Assembly: GCA_965285935.1 (NCBI GenBank)
Contig: OZ260662.1
Location: 122,078,001-122,142,000 of the forward strand
Length of the DNA stretch: 64,000 bases
Direction: 5' to 3'
Origin: Ophelia neglecta
Taxonomy: Eukaryota
The position numbers and the translations under genes are program-made. The notes beneath the pieces are model-generated. The model had not been told where the DNA came from. It did no database searches and saw nothing but the letters and a program-made list of their open reading frames with translations. How positions within the stretch are numbered: the first letter of the stretch is position 1; the number at the start of each line of letters is the position of its first letter. Positions 24,748 through 39,325 of the stretch are shown in pieces.

Positions 24748-27700
24748 TACACTTGGGGTCTATAAAGTTAGGGTTATGGTGTCAATAAGAGCAACGTCTG
24801 CCTTTTTATGAAGTATTCAAGTAATCACAGTTATATCATTCTTTCAAATATACACTCGATTAAAAACGTCATAACGATTGGTAGTTGTTAATACTCAGCT
24901 TTACTACAATAATGTTCTCAAATGACTTAGTTAGTTAGGTATATAACTTAGTTAGCTTTATTACTTTTTGAAATTACCATGCCAATATGAAAGCATTTGG
25001 ATTCGCGTTCACTCTCGTTTACTCGCTTCCACTCGCGTTCTCCGCGACAATATATATATGTATATATCACGCAAGTTTGACACCACGCAGTGACGACCGC
25101 GAAGTCGAGAGTGCATGGCAATTCACGGGGAAAACAGACTGTAACAATTATGGAGGGATAGGTGTACTAAATTTTACCAAGCAAGACAAATGCTTAAAAT
25201 TAAAGCAGGGTCCCCGGTTTATTTCTAGCAGCTAGAACATAATTCAGATGGTTAGGTTTTTACAAGGTATTATCTGGAAGTATCGGATACATCCTTTGGA
25301 ATTGTCAATCATAGAATGTCCCAGACCATTTCGTAGAAACTATAACAGCATGGCAATCATCGTGATTTACGAAATGTAAACCAAAACACAATGAGTATTA
25401 TTTATTGAATATGTATTTCTGGCCACATATATTAAAAAAAGAGCATGGAGAATGGAAGTCTATGTACTGTATATTTTCTTAGCTGCACTTAAGTGAGTAT
25501 ACTAAAGTTTACGGAATCCTGGTGTTAATGATTGGTTTAGTAGTAATAAGTTATGTCAGAGGGACCAAAGCCCATTATCACATTGCACACATGTATTAGA
25601 CAATCCAATAAAATTAACAAAATACGTGGTAATGAACCAACACTATTAACAAACTCTGGTAAGTTGTGTATTAATCAGATCTGGACACGAGAAACAAGGA
25701 ATTTGTATGTAAAATCACAAATTAAATGTTGGTGTTGTGTGCACAAAGGAATCAGAAGTCTTGCAGCGTTTATATTACTAATCTTTCATAATTATCCACT
25801 CTAGTCGGAACTTTCTGAATATAGTACATTTTGATAAGGCGATGGAATAAAAATTGTTATTCACAAACTAGTAATGTTGCGACAAAGGGGCAATTTTATG
25901 TCCTTAATCATGCAAAATATGCAAATCATATGGCAAAATATATACCTCAGGTACTAGAAGGATCTCCCGAATGTCTCATCTGATTGGTAATCTATTAATA
26001 TGTAAGTGTCCCTACACAGTCCAATTGACAGATTAAGAATAAGAAACAATAAATCAATGTTTAGACACCTCGTGCACCACTTTCACAAAACTTGTAACCA
26101 CTTGCATATGTAGACTAAATGATTAATTCGCTTGTAATTTTTTTTGAACCCGATAAAAATCGACTTTGTCTGCTCTTTGTCCAGGTCTAGCACCAAATGT
26201 TTACGTTATGTTGTCAAATAGACTCCCATAGCAAACAAAGTATGTATCCTATGCAATAGGATCTTGAATGAATGATTAATTAAATCAATGGACTAATATT
26301 CTGACTAGGAAATTATAAAAGAAATAAACGTCAAATTGAATTTTATCTGTCAAATCCAAACATATAGCTTCCAATTGTGATCAACACATTTTATATGCCT
26401 ATCGCTGGCGATTTTGTCAAAATCTTAGTGGGGTCATCCTGGTCTTTTCCTTTCTTTTTTTCTTCTCATTATTGTTGGTATATAGGTTGTTATTCTTGGA
26501 CCAAATAGAATATTTCTGGTATTTCTTTCTGATACCTATCACAGACAAACAAATATTGTGGCATGAAAAGTCAGTATTAATAATTTGACCTTGGAAAAGA
26601 GATCAAATTCATAGGATATATCAGGTTACATGAGTAAAAAAAGCAAAAGGGTGTGCCACCCCTGGGATGAGTCGAACCCACGAGACCGAAAACATATGTG
26701 TCACAAAAAGACACCCTTCTTAAGCGCTACGCCACGGAGGAACACTCTAACCCTGACAACAAGACATGGTTCTGTAGTGTAACAAAGGGGTCACTCTGCT
26801 CGCTGAGAAGGAAGGATGCTTATCACCGCTTATTCGTACTCGGTCAGCCTTTCTAATCAGAATAGGCGCCGGCCACTTTGGCAGTTCTATGATTAGTACT
26901 GTTTTGTATCGGAAATGTCGGAGTGTCGGACCCCCCCCCCGTGTGTGTGTTGGGGGGGGGGTACTCTCTATATAAACGTATAAGGGTATGTGCCTCCCCA
27001 AAATAACCCCTTTTTTGCTCCCTCAGACCTCACAAGGCCCTCTGAAAGACCCCCCCTTTTTTATAAATTCCTTTGAACCCCCCCCCCTTTCACAACTCCC
27101 TGTGAAAGACCCCCTTGTTCACAATTGGTTGGTTAAAACATATTTATTTACACCGTGATTTTTTACAATAGCAAAAGCTAATCGGGGTAAGTATCACGAG
27201 ATAACGAAAAGAAATAAATATTTACAAGTTGTCACATGCGTAAGGAATATAGAGACGTATGGTGCGTGTTATGGGATGGATGGATAGATGGATGGATGGA
27301 TATGGATGGATGGATGGATGGATGGATGATTTCGTGCCTGCGGGGTCTACATAGATGCAAACATGTTTAGCGAATGTGACTAAGTGACAAAAGCCTAGTA
27401 CTAATGTAACCAAGGGGGGGAAGTGAGTCGAAGTGACACGTCCACTTAGGTACATAAAGTTTTATTCACTCTCTGTAGCTTACAACCCGCCTGTATTGTA
27501 AACACCTGTAACAATTAAAACTCTTTCATAAGCTACAAGCAACAATTCAGATGCAACTTTAGAATTGTACATTTGATACTTTGATACTAAAACATATATA
27601 CACCTTTACCGTTTGATAATATAGGATAGATACAACATATTTTATGATATTCAACTTTCATACCTAATACCGGCATACAATTCTATAACACACTAATTTA

Positions 27701-30485
27701 ATAGTGCGCACCCTAATCAAAACCATCACATTTCATAATCACAAATACGAGTGTATACCTTGGGTAAAGGTGCTGACTTGCCAATTGACAATTGGCCCAG
27801 GCTTAAAGGATGAATACAAACTTCAACAGGACATAAACCTAGAATGCACAAGAAGACCAATCTAAATTAAGTGTGCAAGCAGAATGAGTGACAATCGGGA
27901 CATTATTTATCTAACTATTTATCTAAAAGCAACACAGCATATTGCCCACCTGGTAAGTATAGTAATTTACAGCTAGGGCTACACAAGAACTAGATTTCCC
28001 CAACAAACACAATAGGCAGTACAGCATATTGGTCACAAAGTAAGAACAAGTACATTATATAAATAGCTTGGGCTGATTGAGGTAGAAATTATATTGACAA
28101 ACCTATTTATGACAGTCCTAAACACAATATAAACATCTGAACAGGTCCTCTCGTAGCAAACTCCCTAGGCCAACTGTGCAGGATCAATGCAAAGTTTTCC
28201 CTCCAAAATGTTGAGACAAAGGGTGGGAGCCAGTATTATAATTGGCTACCACGCACACATAATTAGGTGAAACCTGGGTCAGAAGTCAAACTCTGACATA
28301 CAAATTGAGAGGTCACCAAGGTTGGCCCCAGTTATATGCATCAGTGAACCCAGCTGATTTCAGGACAATAACAAAGACACTAGCCAGCATAAATTAAATT
28401 ACCTAATGTCAACATTAGCACACAGAGCATATTATAATGTAGGGAAAACAGGTAGATATGTTACATCCTTCCCCACTTAGTTTAAATGTCAACATGACCT
28501 TATAGGGCAAACTGACATTACGCCCTACCAACAAGACAACAACTACACATAAAGTACTGAACCTAACTAGACATATAATTTACAATGATATACAATATAT
28601 AAGTACCTACTGCCAGTAACACAGCATAATTTACTATATATAAGTTGAACACTTATATGGAACCATTGTGCCAAGCAAATGGACTGGTGCCTGTGGATGT
28701 GTTTTTTATCTGAATAATGTAATTCAGTAGATAATTACCGTCCCTCAAACGTGCTGGCAACCTGCTGGTCCTTGCAGAGCGAAGGGGAGGGGGAGGTGTA
28801 GGATTTGGGTTTTGGACTGGTACATTACGGGGGGGGGGGGGGTTTTCAAGGTCTCGAGGGATATGCCGTGGGGAGGTGGATACCTCAGCTAAGGGTGTAG
28901 TTTGCACCTCTATGGTAAGCACCTCCGCGTCATCATCTCTTATTGTCTCACTAGCAGGTCCATTCCCAGTACCTTCATCATCGGCTTCATGCTCAGTGTC
29001 CGTATCATGGAAAGTAGTCTCAGTATGGTGGGCAGGGTCAATATCATGGGTAGCGCTCACTGATTTCGTGGTGGGTTGGGTTTCAATGGTTGTAAGTAGT
29101 ATTGGCACTTCTTCCTCATACTCTTCATCAGTGTCTGCGTTACCACTCTCACTTGTCTCCTTCCCTCCGTCAACTTTAGAAGGCTGAGCACATGGGGTTA
29201 CATGTTGAGAGGCCTTCTTGGGAGTACCATTGGGGTCTGGTAAGTCTGACACAATTGGTCCAATAGGTAACAGATTATTTCTGTGCAGAGTACGGACTTT
29301 GGTCTTGGGTTGGTCCTCTGGCCGCACTTGTAATACAGGAATGTCCGGGTTCGGTTGTTTGACTACGACATATACTGGTTCTTCCCAACGGTCGGTGAGT
29401 TTGTGTTTGCCTTCAAACACTAATTTCTTAACCATAACTCGATCGCCCGGCTCAACAACAGCTCCTCTTAATCTGGTGTCGTAACCCTCTTTTTGCTTCA
29501 CACGGGCTCTCTCGGCATGTTCATTCGCCAGCTGATATGCCTTTTTCAAATTTTCTTTGAGTTTTCCTACATACTGTCCATAGGACTCTGGTTTCTGGTC
29601 CAAGCACCACGTCGATTGGGAGTTTTGGGTTCCTTCCGAACATAAGAAGTAAGGGGAGTATCATGTACTCTCGTGACGTGTTAAGTTATAGGCATGGACT
29701 AGCCAGTCGATATGCATTTTCCAGTCTGTCTTCTGTGTAGGGTGGAGTGTACCGAGCATACCAAGGAGGGTCCTGTTCATCCTTTCTGTCATGCCGTTGC
29801 CTGACGGATGATAGGGTGTGGTACGAGATTTCTCCATTCCCGTCAACTGACATAGCTCATGTAATACCTTGCTTTCAAAATTCGCACCTTGGTCTGAATG
29901 GAGGCGTTTTGGGAAACCGAAGTAGGTGACGAAGTTGTGGAGCAGGGCGTCAGCAGTGATCTTTGCAGTCTGATTTCGAGTAGGGACCGCTATAGCGTAC
30001 CTGGTAAAATGGTCTGTGATCACCAAAACGTTGGCGAAACCACCTTTGGAGTTTTCTAGTGACAGGAAGTCCATGGATACCAGTTCCAAGGGCTGTGTGG
30101 TTTTAATACTGACTAGTGGGGCGTGCTGGTTGATTGGTGTCTTCCTCCTGATACAGCGATCACATCGTTTGACCCATTGCTTGATTGACTCGGTCATACC
30201 TGGCCAGTAGAATCGTTCTCGAATAAGTTGGAGAGTTCTGTCCTGTCCAGGGTGTCCCATATTGTCGTGCAGAGATTCCAATGCATGTCTCTGGAGGCTG
30301 TGTGGTAGTACAATTTGATATCGTTCTTCTTCGTTGATCTCTGCTCGGCGACATAACACTCCTCGTACCATCACTAACCGCGGCTGCTCTCTGACAAAGG
30401 GCCTTACTAATTCAGAAGGTATGGGACCACAATACTTGCTCTGGACCAATCTAATTACTTCACGGATGGCAAGATCGTCTTGCTG
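24746..30485. repeat. Recent 5.76-kb tandem duplication, copy B
   Basis: As copy A; continues into element E1. Confidence 0.95.
27405..28465 (-). repeat. LTR2 (1061 bp; 6-bp deletion near the U3 end)
   Basis: Near-identical to LTR1; gatatgttaca versus gatatgacactgttaca. Confidence 0.93.
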
Positions 30486-33165
30486 GGCTCTTCTCAGATG
30501 CCTATTTTCTGCTACCGGATCTTCTTCATCTAGTTCGAAGATGGCATTCGTCATGCATATAGTATCCAGCAGTTTCGCACTTGGTGTCTGTAGACTACTG
30601 CAGATAGTTGCCACTGACTCGACATTGACCTCATTGTAATACTCATTTCCTCTGTGTGGTAGACGGGATAAAATGTCTGCATCGACATTGTTCACTCCGG
30701 GTCGGTATTTGATTGAGAACTTGTAATTTGCTAAGGCAGCGACCCAACGATGACCGGTGGCATCCAGTTTCGCAGTTGTCAAGATGTAAGTGAGTGGGTT
30801 ATTATCAGTGTGTACGGTGAACTCGGGTGCGCCATACAAGTACTGACTAAATTTCTCTGTTATAGCCCACTTCAAACAGAGGAATTCGAGCTTGTGCTGG
30901 ATAATTCTTTTCGGTTCTCTTTAGTCCACGGCTGGCAAACGCAATTGGCTTCAACACCCCTTCATGGTCCTGGTAAAGGACAGCGCCAAGGCCTTCATTG
31001 CTGGCGTCAGTGTGGAGATGAAACTTGAGTGTTGTAGATGGGTATGATAATACTGGAGGTGAAGTTAAAGCATCCTTAAGGCTTCGAAAGGATGTCTCTT
31101 CCTCCTCTTCCCATTTCCACGGCTTTGGCCGGATTACAATCTTTTTGCCCTTCTTACGCCGTTCTCCACCCTTAAGATCATTCAGCGGACGAGCCTTGCT
31201 AGCAAAGTTCTTGACAAATGAGCGGTAATAGCCGGCAAACCCTAGGAACTGAGACAACTCTTTCACACAGGTAGGGGTAGGCCACTCCTTTATCCTAGCT
31301 ACTTTGTCAGGATCAGTCTCTACACCATTGGCAGTCATCACATGTCCAAGAAATTTCACTCGACTCTTGAGAAAGGAGCACTTCTTCGTTGATAGTTTTA
31401 AACCGCACTCCTCAATACGTTGAAATACTTTCCCAATATTGGCTAGATGTTCCTCAAACGTACGACTGAAGATGATTATATCATCGAGATAAATCACGCA
31501 GATTTTGTGATTCAGGTCCCCGAGCATGTCCTCCATCATGCGCTGATATGTCGCAGGCGCATTTGTCAAGCCAAACGCCATCCTGTTCCACTCAAAGAAG
31601 CCGAGGGGTCCAGCAGTGAAGGCTGTGTAAGCCTTGTCATTCTCGTTGATCTTTATCTGATGATAACCTGACTTCATATCTAAGACGCTAAAGTACTTTG
31701 CCCCATCCAGACAATCGAGTATGTCCTCTAACCGTGGTAGAGCGTAAGAGTCCTGGATTGTCCTTTGGTTCAACTGACGGAAGTCAATACACAGGCGTAG
31801 GTCACCATTTTTTCGACGAGCGATCACCATGTTTGATGCCCACGGACTTCGAGAGTGGCGTATCAATCCAGTGTTGAGTAAGGTTTGCAGATGATCCCTA
31901 ACTTCATCGTAACATGCGGGAGGGATACGGCGGTATGGCTGCTTGAATGGTTGCTGGTTGTTCAAATTGATATTGATCTCCGCAGTAGGGTGACATCCTA
32001 CGTCAGTATCGCTGTGACTGAAGATATGTGTCCATGACTACAAAAGTTCTTTCATCTCATTGAATTCAGCTTCGGTGCAGGCTGTATCGTCTTGATCGAA
32101 GTCTAACTTGAGACCAGGTGGTAAGTCTACTCTCGGGTGATCATTTGAAGATTGGTCAGGTGAAGTGCCAGGTAAGTCGACGGGCGGTAGTATAGTCACG
32201 GGTTGTAGCTCGCAAAGGATGGCTCTTGGGGGGATGACTAAAGTCTGCAGCGAGTGATTGGTGATGCGGACTGGGATGGGCAACTGGTGATCAGGTGAGA
32301 AGTTGTTCACCCCGGGGGCGATCTCTGCAGCATCAGGTAAGATCAACTTGGATGTCGACTGTAACATAGCCGTACATTGCCGGTATGGTATGTTGTCAGT
32401 AGTATAACCCTGGACAGTCATGGTCTTATTGGGAGGTACTACTATGGATTGGTCTTCACTACTCTTGACAATGGCTAACCGGCCGGCACGGTTGACTTTG
32501 CGTTCCTGTATCGACATACATCGGAAGGCTAGATACCACGGGTTAGTAAGTGGGGCTCTTTGGAGGTATCTTTCACCATATGTCTCAAGAGTGTCCGCTT
32601 GGACAGCTCGGAGAAAGTTGGTACCTAAATTTATGGGGACATTTGAACTAAAGGGAGTATCACGAGTTACTAACAATAAACATGGCTTTTCTAGATTCGG
32701 CATAATACTAGGCACCTTCAAAACAACTTCCACTACTCCAATGTAGTCAAGTAATTGACCACTAGCACTCTCTACTTCCAATAAGGATTCTAATGATTGC
32801 AAAGTTACACCTCTGGGTTCTAATCTCTCTCTAAAAAAGGTTTCACTCACCGTTGAAACACCAGACCCTGTGTCCAATAAAGCACTGACACAAACATTAG
32901 AGACATGAGGGTAAGTAGTACCTAGCTTTTCATCACCATTCATATTTACATTCAAATTCACAGAGACATCATCATTTTTCATCTTGTTTTCAGACTCGAT
33001 ATTCAATGCATTAATAGAATCAAATTCACATTTATCTACACTACATTCATCTTCAAAAAATACAATTTCAATATTACATATGTTGGTGTCACCGACGAGT
33101 TGTGGGGGCTGCCTCTCCTGACCTATCGTCGTGCCCCGGTAGAAGTAGGTCCGCTCTGGTTTAAA
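28653..33165 (-). pseudogene. pol: E1 pol (PR-RT-RH-IN), disrupted
   Basis: LLDTGS, YLDD, TDAS and DDE motifs; stops at 32038 and 29661; frameshift ~30895. Confidence 0.93.
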
Positions 33166-34391
33166 TGATGGGTTATTACTGTACATTGGTATTGGGTGTG
33201 ACCGAAATTCCCACATCGCCAACATTGGATGGGTCGACGCTGTCTTGGCGGAGCTGAGGTACCAGGGTGCATGGGTATATCACGGTGAGTTCCATAGTCC
33301 GTGGGCTGTCTCGAAGCAGATTCAGGTGGTGTAGCGTAGTTCGTGGCAGAAGCTGGTGAGAACCCAGCATTAACCGGAGACGAGAACGACAGGCTACTGT
33401 AATAATCATTGGGTGCCATCATAACGGAAGGATCACCATACCCCGGTAAGTTGTTGTATGAAGGAGCAGGTTGCAGAGGTGAGTGATAAGAGGCAGCATG
33501 TGGGTTCAGGTTGGTAGGTTGATTCTAGCGGGATCCATGTTCCGATTTCGTTAAGCGTGACACCTGTTGCTGTAGGTTTGTAACCTGATGTTTCAAAGCT
33601 TGAAGTTCATTGTTGTCAGGCGCCATTACTGATGTCACCTGGTCATGACTGGTAGTTTTGGTGCTTGACTTCCCTGTCTCAGTTTCAAGTTGACGAATAG
33701 CTATCCTCAAGTCATCAAAGTCCTTAATGGCATCGAATTTGAACCGTGATTTTTCTTTCAAAGCAGGCCGAAGCCCTGACCAGAATTTGCTTCTCAGCAT
33801 CTCTTCTTGGGTGGTCTCACCAAGTGATGCTTTGTCTTTTGCCTGTAGGAGCAGGTCCTCTAGCCTACCACTCCACTACACAACGTTCTCGCCATCTTTC
33901 TGCTTGGCTTGATAAAAGTCTGACAATATTTCTTCACTGGACTCGACAGAGCCATATAAATTGTCAAGGCGAGACAACAAGTCCTTGGTCAAGGCTTTAT
34001 CACCCAATCTCATCGCAACACGAGCAGGACCACCTTTAAGTGACTTCCTTACTTGATGATTGAGAATAGCTTCAGTTAAAGTTCCACTTTTCATGAGACA
34101 GCTTACTTCATAACGCCATAAGTCATAAGTTGTGTCTTTTCCCATCTCGCCAGAAAATGTACTGATCTTAGGAGGTAAGGTCATCCGGGACGTGACTTGA
34201 GCTGTGGCCTCTAAATCCATCTTCTGTTCTTGCCCAGGCTCTACTTTGGTGGGAGATGGTTGACGAGATGAGGCAAATTCTAACATAAGTTTGGCCAAGT
34301 CATCAGGAGAGTCTCCCTTCGGTCTAAGTCCAAGTGCTGCAAAGGCTCTGCCAAAACCTTCTAAGTCCTCCTGGCTGAAAGGTCCTGACAT
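33123..34391 (-). pseudogene. gag: E1 gag (PNMA-like capsid + CCHC), two in-frame stops
   Basis: ORF pieces 33876-34391, 33525-33800 and 33123-33422 are in one frame; CWRCGNFGHTQYQC. Confidence 0.92.
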
Positions 34392-34420
34392 GGTAAAAAA
34401 ATCCTCACTGGGGGCTCCAA

Positions 34421-34625
34421 TGTAACCAAGGGGGGGAAGTGAGTCGAAGTGACACGTCCACTTAGGGACATAAAGTTTTATTCACTCTCTGTAGCTTACA
34501 ACCCGCCTGTATTGTAAACACCTAACAAAGACACTAGCCAGCATAAATTAAATTACCTAATGTCAACATTAGCACACAGAGAATATTATAATGTAGGGAA
34601 AACAGGTAGATATGACACTGTTACA
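34421..34625 (-). repeat. LTR3 (shared; 205 bp, 862-bp internal deletion)
   Basis: Both termini intact; junction acacct|aacaaagacac at 34523/34524. Confidence 0.93.
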
Positions 34626-34811
34626 TCCTTCACCACTTAGTTTAAAGTCAACATGACCTTATAGGGCAAACTGACATTACGCCCTACCAACAAGACAACA
34701 ACTACACATAAAGTACTGAACCTAACTAGACATATAATTTACAATGATATACAATATATAAGTACCTACTGCCAGTAACACAGCATAATTTACTATATAT
34801 AAGTTGAACAC

Positions 34812-37800
34812 TTATATGGAACCATTGTGCCAAGCAAATGGACTGGTGCCTGTGGATGTGTTTTTTATCTGAATAATGTAATTCAGTAGATAATTACCGT
34901 CCCTCAAACGTGCTGGCAACCTGCTGGTCCTTGCAGAGCGACGGGGAGGGGGAGGTGTAGGATTTGGGTTTTGGACTGGTACATTACGGGGGGGGGGGGG
35001 GGTTTCAAGGTCTCGAGGGATATGCCGTGGGGAGGTGGATACCTCAGCTAAGGGTGTAGTTTGCACCTCTATGGTAAGCACCTCCGCGTCATCATCTCTT
35101 ATTGTCTCACTAGCAGGTCCATTCCCAGTACCTTCATCATCGGCTTCATGCTCAGTGTCCGTATCATGGAAAGTAGTCTCAGTATGGTGGGCAGGGTCAA
35201 TATCATGGGTAGCGCTCACTGATTTCGTGGTGGGTTGGGTTTCAATGGTTGTAAGTAGTATTGGCACTTCTTCCTCATACTCTTCATCAGTGTCTGCGTT
35301 ACCACTCTCACTTGTCTCCTTCCCTCCGTCAACTTTAGAAGGCTGAGCACATGGGGTTACATGTTGAGAGGCCTTCTTGGGAGTACCATTGGGGTCTGGT
35401 AGGTCTGACACAATTGGTCCAATAGGTAACAGATTATTTCTGTGCAGAGTACGGACTTTGGTCTTGAGTTGGTCCTCTGGCCGCACTTGTAATACAGGAA
35501 TGTCCGGGTTCGGTTGTTTGACTACGACATATACTGGTTCTTCCCAACGGTCGGCGAGTTTGTGTTTGCCTTCAAACACTAATTTCTTAACCAGAACTCG
35601 ATCGCCCGGCTCAACAACAGCTCCTCTTAATCTGGTGTCGTAACCCTCTTTTTGCTTCACACGGGCTCTCTCGGCATGTTCATTCGCCAGCTGATATGCC
35701 TTTTTCAAATTTTCTTTGAGTTTTTCTACATACTGTCCATAGGACTCTGGTTTCTAGTCCAAGCACCACGTCGATTGGGAGTTTTGGGTTCCTTCCGAAC
35801 ATTAGGAAGTAAGGGGAGTATCCTGTACTCTCATGACGTGTACAGTTATAGGCATGGACTAGCCAGTCGATATGCATTTTCCAGTCTGTCTTCTGTAGGG
35901 TGGAGTGTACCGAGCATACCAAGGAGGGTCCTGTTCATCCTTTCTGTCATGCCGTTGCCTGACGGATGATAGGGTGTGGTACGAGATTTCTCCATTCCCG
36001 TCAACTGACATAGCTCATGTAATACCTTGCTTTCAAAATTCGCACCTTGGTCTGAATGGAGGCGTTTTGGGAAACCGAAGTAGGTGACGAAGTTGTGGAG
36101 CAGGGCGTCAGCAGTGATCTTTGCAGTCTGATTTCGAGTAGGGACCGCTATAGCGTACCTGGTAAAATGGTCTGTGATCACCAAAACGTTGGCGAAACCA
36201 CCTTTGGAGTTTTCTAGTGACAGGAAGTCCATGGATACCAGTTCCAAGGGCTGTGTGGTTTTAATACTGACTAGTGGGGCGCGCTGGTTGATTGGTGTCT
36301 TCCTCCTGATACAGCGATCACATCGTTTGACCCATTGCTTGATTGACTCGGTCATACCTGGCCAGTAGAATCGTTCTCGAATAAGTTGGAGAGTTCTGTC
36401 CTGTCCAGGGTGTCCCATATTGTCGTGCAGAGATTCCAATGCATGTCTCTGGAGGCTGTGTGGTAGTACAATTTGATATCGTTCTTCTTCGTTGATCTCT
36501 GCTCGGCGACATAACACTCCTCGTACCATCACTTACCGTGGCTGCTCTCTGACAAAGGGCCTTACTAATTCAGAAGGAATGGGACCACAATACTTGCTCT
36601 GGACCAATCTAATTACTTCACGGATGGCAAGATCGTCTTGCTGGGCTCTTCTCAGATGCCTATTTTCTGCTACCGGATCTTCTTCATCTAGTTCGAAGAT
36701 GGCATTCGTCATGCATATAGTATCCAGCAGTTTCGCACTTGGTGTCTGTAGACTACTGCAGATAGTTGCCACTGACTCGACATTGACCTCATTGTGATAC
36801 TCATTTCCTCTGTGTGGTAGACGGGATAAAATGTCTGCATCGACATTGTTCACTCCGGGTCGGTATTTGATTGAGAACTTGTAATTTGCTAAGGCAGCGA
36901 CCCAACGATGACCGGTGGCATCCAGTTTCGCAGTTGTCAAGATGTAAGTGAGTGGGTTATTATCAGTGTGTACGGTGAACTCGGGTGCGCCATACAAGTA
37001 CTGACTAAATTTCTCTGTTATAGCCCACTTCAAACAGAGGAATTCGAGCTTGTGTGCTGGATAATTCTTTTCGGTTCTCTTTAGTCCACGGCTGGCAAAC
37101 GCAATTGGCTTCAACACCCCTTCATGGTCCTGGTAAAGGACAGCGCCAAGGCCTTCATTACTGGCGTCAGTGTGAAGATGAAATTTGAGTGTTGTAGATG
37201 GGTATGATAATACTGGAGGTGAAGTTAAAGCATCCTTAAGGCTTCGAAAGGATGTCTCTTCCTCCTCTTCCCATTTCCACGGCTTTGGCCGGATTACAAT
37301 CTTTTTGCCCTTCTTACGCCGTTCTCCACCCTTAAGATCATTCAGCGGACGAGCCTTGCTAGCAAAGTTCTTGACAAATGAGCGGTAATAGCCGGCAAAC
37401 CCTAGGAACTGAGACAACTCTTTCACACAGGTAGGGGTAGGCCACTCCTTTATCCTAACTACTTTGTCAGGATCAGTCTCTACACCATTGGCAGTCATCA
37501 CATGTCCAAGAAATTTCACTCGACTCTTGAGAAAGGAGCACTTCTTCGTTGATAGTTTTAAACCGCACTCCTCAATACGTTGAAATACTTTCCCAATATT
37601 GGCTAGATGTTCCTCAAACGTACGACTGAAGATGATTATATCATCGAGATAAATCACGCAGATTTTGTGATTCAGGTCCCCGAGCATGTCCTCCATCATG
37701 CGCTGATATGTCGCAGGCGCATTTGTCAAGCCAAACGCCATCCTGTTCCACTCAAAGAAGCCGAGGGGTCCAGCAGTGAAGGCTGTGTAAGCCTTGTCAT

Positions 37801-39325
37801 TCTCGTTGATCTTTATCTGATGATAACCTGACTTCATATCTAAGACGCTAAAGTACTTTGCCCCATCCAGACAATCGAGTATGTCCTCTAACCGTGGTAG
37901 AGCGTAAGAGTCCTGGATTGTCCTTTGGTTCAACTGACGGAAGTCAATACACAGGCGTAGGTCACCATTTTTTCGACGAGCGATCACCATGTTTGATGCC
38001 CACGGACTTCGAGAGTGGCGTATCAATCCAGTGTTGAGTAAGGTTTGCAGATGATCCCTAACTTCATCGTAACATGCGGGAGGGATACGGCGTTATGGCT
38101 GCTTGAATGGTTGCTGGTTGTTCAAATTGATATTGATATCCGCAGTAGGGTGACATCCTACGTCAGTATCGCTGTGACTGAAGATATGTGTCCATGACTT
38201 CAAAAGTTCTTTCATCTCATTGAATTCAGCTTCGGTGCAGGCTGTATCGTCTTGATCGAAGTCTAACTTGAGACCAGGTGGTAAGTCTACACTCGGGTGA
38301 TCATTTGAAGATTGGTCAGGTGAAGTGCCAGGTAAGTCGACGGGCGGTAGTATAGTCACGGGTTGTAGCTCGCAAAGGATGGCTCTTGGGGGGATGACTA
38401 AAGTCTGCAGCGAGTGATTGGTGATGCGGACTGGGATGGGCAACTGGTGATCAGGTGAGAAGTTGTTCACCCCGGGGGCGATCTCTGCAGCATCAGGTAA
38501 GATCAACTTGGATGTCGACTGTAACATAGCCGTACATTGCCGGTATGGTATGTTGTCAGTAGTATAACCCTGGACAGTCATGGTCTTATTGGGAGGTACT
38601 ACTATGGATTGGTCTTCACTACTCTTGACAATGGCTAACCGGCCGGCACGGTTGACTTTGCGTTCCTGTATCGACATACATCGGAAGGCTAGATACCACG
38701 GGTTAGTAAGTGGGGCTCTTTGGAGGTATCTTTCACCATATGTCTCAAGAGTGTCCGCTTGGGAAGCTCGGAGAAAGTTGGTACCTAAATTTATGGGGAC
38801 ATTTGAACTAAAGGGAGTATCACGAGTTACTAACAATAAACATGGCTTTTCTAGATTCGGCATAATACTAGGCACCTTCAAAACAACTTCCACTACTCCA
38901 ATGTAGTCAAGTAATTGACCACTAGCACTCTCTACTTCCAATAAGGATTCTAATGATTGCAAAGTTACACCTCTGGGTTCTAATCTCTCTCTAAAAAAGG
39001 TTTCACTCACCGTTGAAACACCAGACCCTGTGTCCAATAAAGCACTGACACAAACATTAGAGACATGAGGGTAAGTAGTACCTAGCTTTTCATCACCATT
39101 CATATTTACATTCAAATTCACAGAGACATCATCATTTTTCATCTTGTTTTCAGACTCGATATTCAATGCATTAATAGAATCAAATTCACATTTATCTACA
39201 CTACATTCATCTTCAAAAAATACAATTTCAATATTAGATATGTTGGTGTCACCGACGAGTTGTGGGGGCTGCCTCTCCTGACCTATCGTCGTGCCCCGGT
39301 AGAAGTAGGTCCGCTCTGGTTTAAA
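34812..39325 (-). pseudogene. pol: E2 pol, disrupted
   Basis: Stops at 38093 and 36533; frameshifts ~35895 and ~35755. Confidence 0.93.

Noticed and set aside
34500-34545. LTR deletion as a precisely spliced intron (retro-copied)
   Set aside because: The upstream boundary reads TTGTTA|TTGTCC on the sense strand, with no GT donor.
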